NCBI GenBank assembly: GCA_035084275.1
Contig: CM068747.1
Span: 2,976,001 to 3,040,000 of the forward strand
Direction of reading: 5' to 3'
DNA: 64,000 nt
Origin: Hydrolagus colliei
Lineage: Eukaryota
Within the stretch, counting starts at the first letter, position 1. Every line of letters starts with the position of its first letter. The notes under the pieces were generated by a model. The model ran no database searches, was not told the origin of the DNA, and worked only from the letters and a program-made list of their open reading frames with translations. A program made the position numbers and the translations under genes. This document shows, one piece after another, positions 58,811 through 64,000 of this stretch.

Positions 58811-61319
58811 TTAGTACTGTGTATTCATTTAGTACAGTCTGGAAGGAAAAACAGACTAAAAAGTTGATTATAAATTATAACCAAGTCATACATCATAAAA
58901 AGTAATATTTAATTTTCACGTGTTCATTCAAAAATGTAAGTTGTCATGCATTTTTAAATGGATAATAATGCGACAAATATTATTAGGTCTTAATATAAAA
59001 CTATGTTGCATAACACGATAGGCCACAGTGGTGAGTATTCACTTCATATTTATAGTTCTCCAAATGGGTATTTCCTGATGTCAGTTAAACCACTGAGGAG
59101 GTAATCTTCTAGAGGAGTTACCAGCAGTTTAAAAAAATGGGTAATGCAAAAGGAAGTTGATCTGAACTGTTCTCATGCATCTTGCCAGGGGTCTGATAAC
59201 AAGCTGCCTGCCTCCTGATAAAGGAACATTGCAAATCTAAACAGGGAAAGAAAAAGAGTTAGGGAAAAGAAAATCCTTAACCACAGTGACAGGTCCAGGC
59301 CACATATCATAAATCACACTTGAGAAATCTCACAGTTTTGGGGCCAAATATTCTAGCTGTTAAAGTGCACTGTGTCTGTTCTTCAGATACATATGAATGT
59401 GCAGGCTGGGAATTATCATTACAAATGTTCTTGTTGGTCTTATAATGATGTGGGAAAAATAATCTTTTGTCATTTCTTTGTCACAATGGCAACAGGCAGA
59501 CATAAATGATGCAATGCTTACTTTCAGCATATTGTATATCCATGGACAACATTAAATAGAGATTCATGAAAAAGTATTTCTCTAAATCCAAAAGTTCAAT
59601 TACTATCATTCTCTTGATTAACCCTTTTAAAATACTAACAGACTCTTCAACTTAAAGCAGTGACAAATATATACTTTACTTTTTGTCCAGTCAAACATTT
59701 ACCACTGGATGTTTTCCTGTCTGGGTGTATAAATAGTCTTGTTTTTGAATAACAGTAGGCTGAATAGCTTGCTTATCGCATCCAAAAGAGTTGTTTGGTA
59801 GCCATTGTTGGGTAAACTTTCACCGACCATCCATGTAATCATGGAGAAATTATTTAATCAGGTCACAAGCTTCATTGGTTTAAAGCGGAACTAGTTGCTA
59901 TAGAATGGCAAAACATACAGGGTAGCTCTCAGGAGTCAGTATTTTGGAAATGCTGAAGTATTTAAATGAATCTGCAGCATAATTGTGCAATATGACAATC
60001 TGGAGGAAGGCTGCGATTATTGTTTCCTGTCATAGTAGAGTTCAATATAGCAAATATCCAAAGGACTGTTTAGATTTGGATAATTATCTGAAGAGTAATT
60101 ATCTTAACTAGGAGCTGCTGTACTGTACAGGGCTTGCTGAGGACCGACAATCGTTTGGATGTCTAGTTAAGAGATACGAAATGCAAACTCGTAGACATGA
60201 CTGGTTAAACTTATCAGGGGGGAGGAAAACAGATGGAAGAGTGTGAATGTATCAGATGCAAGATATCAATATTAGGAACGGAACACCTTTTCCACCTTCA
60301 TTATTCAGCGTTGTCATTAAGTTTTCTCAGATAAAGCATTTTACTTTTCCTAGCAACAGGAAAGCACTTTTCATGTCAGAAGGACGGCCACAACGCTTCA
60401 CAAAATATACTGTAAAGTAATAAAATATTACAATAAATTGAAAATATTTCCCTGAACGGTCATTTTGGGCTCAATAGTTGCTCAATCGGTAACGAAAGGG
60501 GCTTAAAACTCAGGACTGGCCCTAACTAAAAGGGTGAAAGATCGCAAACATTTTCACGTGGATCACTTTGTCGCGAGTGGCTTGTGAGCTGAAAGCTTTT
60601 ATGTGTTTTAAATTGGGTGGAACTGTGACTCCAGTTTAGGAGCCAGCACCCGATAGTGATCAATGGGCTCCTGGTGTGATTTCTGACTCACTGGTTTCTC
60701 AATTAAAGAGTAAACGGGGGGGGGGGCAATTGTTAGCTTTGCTGGTTTGCTGACTCTGCAAACTGTTAATACAACCCAAGTCGCCGTAAAACAGTAATCC
60801 CTGTGTTTGATACAGTGCCTTGTCACGTCCTCAAAAGACATCTCGAAATGTGAGTTCACTGTATTTTCCTGTTAAAAGGGTGGTCGCCCCTGTGCGTTTT
60901 GCTGCAGACATCCAAACGAGTGTCGGTCCTCAGCAAGCCCTGTACAGTACAGCAGCTCCTAGTTAAGAAGGTGACGCGCTCTGTGAGACTCCCTTGCCTG
61001 AGGGCTGCAAATTATGATTGTTTTTGCAGTCAGCCCAGGGCTTGTCTCCCTAACTGCCAGCCTTCCCACTAGCGCGTGATCAGCAATTCAAATACGCTTG
61101 TCGCCCGAAGGCCACCCGATAGTAGCCCAAAGTAGCCCAATCTTATGCGTTGACTCCTGTGAGCATCGGAAAGGCCAATTTGGGCGAGTGCCTTCGGAAC
61201 TGTGTCAGAAAAAGGTTCCTCAAAGGTTGTTGTGGTGGTTGCGGGATTAAAAACCACATTTTGTTTTACAAAAAAAATTTAAGCCACTCTCGCTCAAAAC
61301 CATTGGGTTCGCACGCAGC

Positions 61320-61545
61320 CCGAGAGGAAAAAACCCGCCCAAACTGGGCGTGAACCCGCCCAAACTGATCACGTGACTTACAATGTGGTGAGCCACGATT
61401 GGATGGGCTCACAGCGCGCGGTGGGCGGGCTGGAGGGGCGGGGCGATGACGTTACCGGAGGGGCGGGGCGATGACGTTGCCGGACCAGCAGCTCGAGCCG
61501 TTACCACGGAAGCGGCTCGAGGCAGATTTGCGGCAACGGTCGGAG
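61320..61545 (+). promoter_or_regulatory. IDH1: IDH1 CpG-island promoter and probable non-coding exon 1 (donor GAG|GTGAAG at 61545)
   Basis: Duplicated CCCGCCCAAACTG, TCACGTGA E-box, inverted CCAAT, duplicated GGGCGGGGCGATGACGT. Confidence 0.7.
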
Positions 61546-62795
61546 GTGAAGTGTCGGGTTCCCGGTCAATGGTTGAGTGGCAGTTCTCTGTGCGATTAGC
61601 TATATTCTCGGAACGGACAAGGTAAAGGCACTTTATTCCTTCCCTCCCTCCTTCCTCCCTTCCTTTCTCCCTTCCCTCCCCTCTCTCCCTCTCTCCTCCA
61701 GGCAGCCCCGAAAGCGTTTGTCGCCGGTGTCGCCCACAGAGAATTCACTGCAAAAGTGGACTTCAAACCCGTGTGTGGGCGACGCGGCTCCTCTCGAAAT
61801 AAAGCCGCCGTGTTTTGTGTTGTCAGTCCGGCGGCCGAGGGCTCTGTCACTGTCAGCTATGAGGGAAATAAAATAAATACCCTATTTATCTATCCACCCC
61901 CACCTCCCTCTCTCTCCCGTTTGTTATACATCGACTTTGAGCCGGAGGTGAATAATTTTCCACATTCTGTTGCAATGAAGTTTTCCTTTAAAGTCTGCGA
62001 TAAGCAAGAGACCTACACCGTGGTGGGGGGGGGGGGGGGGGGGTGAAGGGAGGCCATTAGGCAATACAGTACCTGTCAGTCGTGGTGTTGCGGGCAATGC
62101 TGTCAGTCACCCGGCGTGTATATTGATCGAGGATTACTTGTGTCGTGTGAACTTGGCACCAACAGATGTTTCGCTGGCATTTCTCCCCGCAGTGTGGTTA
62201 GTGCATTAAAGTTAGAAGACGCCGCAATAAAGAAATCACATTGTTCGACCTCCAAAAGGGGTGGGTGGGGGTGGGGTTGAGGGATTTAAAATAACGTGAA
62301 CGCGACAAGTTGGTTTGATGTTGCAAACCTCGCAACATGATCATACAAGATCGCCTTAATGCGCTCTTCGTGCATATCCTGTTCTGTGCCGCGTTGAAAT
62401 CTGGCGAAATGATTTGCCCTCCCCCACCCTTTCTCATTCTACCGTAATCCCATTAATTTTGGTTGGCGAAACCTGAGAATGCAGTTTTGCCAGCCAGGGA
62501 TCACCTTGCAAAATGTACACGACTCCCTGGGGAGGAGGTGAGTGAATGTTGGATCTTTACGATAGCAGAACTTGCAAATCCGGATTTGCTAAATACTGTG
62601 TCATCTTAACAAATTTGGGAGGTCTCGTCTCCCGAGAAGGAAGTGTGAAGATTTAGCAGCTGACCTGCAGTAGTTAGCACAATAAAATGTTTCCAGATAA
62701 CATTATTAGTGTTTATTCTTACAGACGCGAAGGCTCCCCACAAATGTAATTTTGTTGTCATTCTATTCCCGACAGAGGCAAAACAGGAAAAAAAA

Positions 62796-62920
62796 ATGTC
62801 ACAGAAGAAAATCCGGGTTGGTTCTGTGGTTGAGATGAAAGGAGATGAGATGACCAGAGTTATATGGGAACTGATCAAAGACAAACTCATCTTCCCTTAT
62901 TTGGAACTAGACTTACACAG
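62796..62920 (+). CDS. IDH1: Cytosolic NADP-isocitrate dehydrogenase, first coding exon (gene runs out of the window)
   Basis: [41 protein letters not shown]; phase-2 donor AG|GTTGTA; no mitochondrial leader; head-to-head with PIKFYVE. Confidence 0.94.
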
Positions 62921-64000
62921 GTTGTAATTTTTTAACACTTGTAAATGTTTTAACCTTTTTTCTTAACAAATTGGTTAAAAACACAAACTTTGGAATTAAG
63001 CCATACACATTTTCTTGATTCCATTCTAGTGGTATGTTGGACTTGGCTACATACTTTATTTTTGTTATTTAATGTATTAATACAATTTCTGATATTTAAA
63101 ATTCAATATTTCTATTCAAATTATGAAATCTAGGTAACTTGTTTGATGACATTAGTTGTTTTATACAGTAATGATAAAAAAAGAATTATCTTGGTGCAGT
63201 TTCATCATGATTCAGCTCTTTTGTGCAGGCCATCTTAGTAATAACTGCAAACAAAAATAAAATGGGGCATTTAAGAACCTGAAGCCTCTGGAGTTTTTAT
63301 GTTTATTTAATCACATTGCTGGAGGTTTCCACAAAGTATTTTATTCAAAGACATTTTTAAAGCAACCTCCTTTCACACAGTCCTAACAGTCTTTTAGTAA
63401 AAAAAATCAAGTCGAAACATTCATGCTTAGCACAAAAAATCGATGTGCATTTGAATTCACTATATCTAGTGTTTAAAAAGTAGATGCATGCTGCCGGGTG
63501 AGTACCATCTCGTACATTACTCCAAATCTTTCCATGAATGCACGATTTTGGGCGCCACTGGAACAATGCAAGAATCCATCATAGGCCATCCGTTTGAAAC
63601 TGAATCTTCTTCAGAATAAGTTTTGCATTTCATAAATTCTAGATGTGGAAAGTACCTTTTGTGATATTTGTGATTAAAAAAAAGTGACGTGTTTTTGTAG
63701 AGTAAGTCATGATAAGATATAAGCAGACATCAGCTGTCTTGCTCAAGCCTGTGATATGTCAAATGTGAGTCCAGTCAGGGAATGTTGGCTGCCCTTTAAC
63801 CCTCAGGGTAACACAGCTGAGCATAAAGCTGCTGCCCCTGACATCTACAAATGCACTTCTAGTAGCAATCATCAGATAGTAATTATATTGATCTCACTTC
63901 GAAGCTTGTGACCCTTGAAGCCATTTTCTGGTACTGATAGATGTTCTGGCTGAGATTGGCTAACTCAAAAATGAGTTTGCAGTGCTGGAGTGACCCTGCC

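Noticed and set aside
57780-61320. Shared bidirectional promoter for PIKFYVE and IDH1
   Set aside because: Two separate CpG islands about 3.6 kb apart with L2 fragments between them.

Overview
Vertebrate nuclear DNA. The repeat landscape (CR1 and L2 LINEs, tRNA-head/Deu-like SINEs, a Penelope-like palindrome) suggests a cartilaginous fish; this is inference. Most of the window is a complete PIKFYVE gene on the - strand: 41 coding exons traced by hand at 12473-51618, 6408 nt, about 2135 aa, with two introns that need GC donors. It lies head-to-head with the 5' end of IDH1 (+ strand, first coding exon 62796-62920). The highlight is invisible to the ORF track: about 1 kb past the PIKFYVE 3' end is an intact three-exon 25-aa RPL41/eL41-type gene (10264-10275, 8206-8228, 4328-4370). 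It has a divergent C-terminus (..RQRCR rather than ..RQRSK), a strong-context upstream ATG, and a neighbourhood that is not the mammalian RPL41 locus, so it may be a retained paralogue/ohnologue. Its second intron holds a 2.6-kb internally deleted hAT transposon with 17-bp TIRs and an atypical 6-bp TSD. Other structure includes inverted TA-MITEs flanking the FYVE exon, a perfect 33-bp intronic hairpin, a 63-bp inverted copy between PIKFYVE and IDH1, and L2 tails abutting the acceptors of both genes' first coding exons. Two assembly gaps lie in RPL41 intron 1. All coordinates were read by eye; repeat boundaries are approximate.
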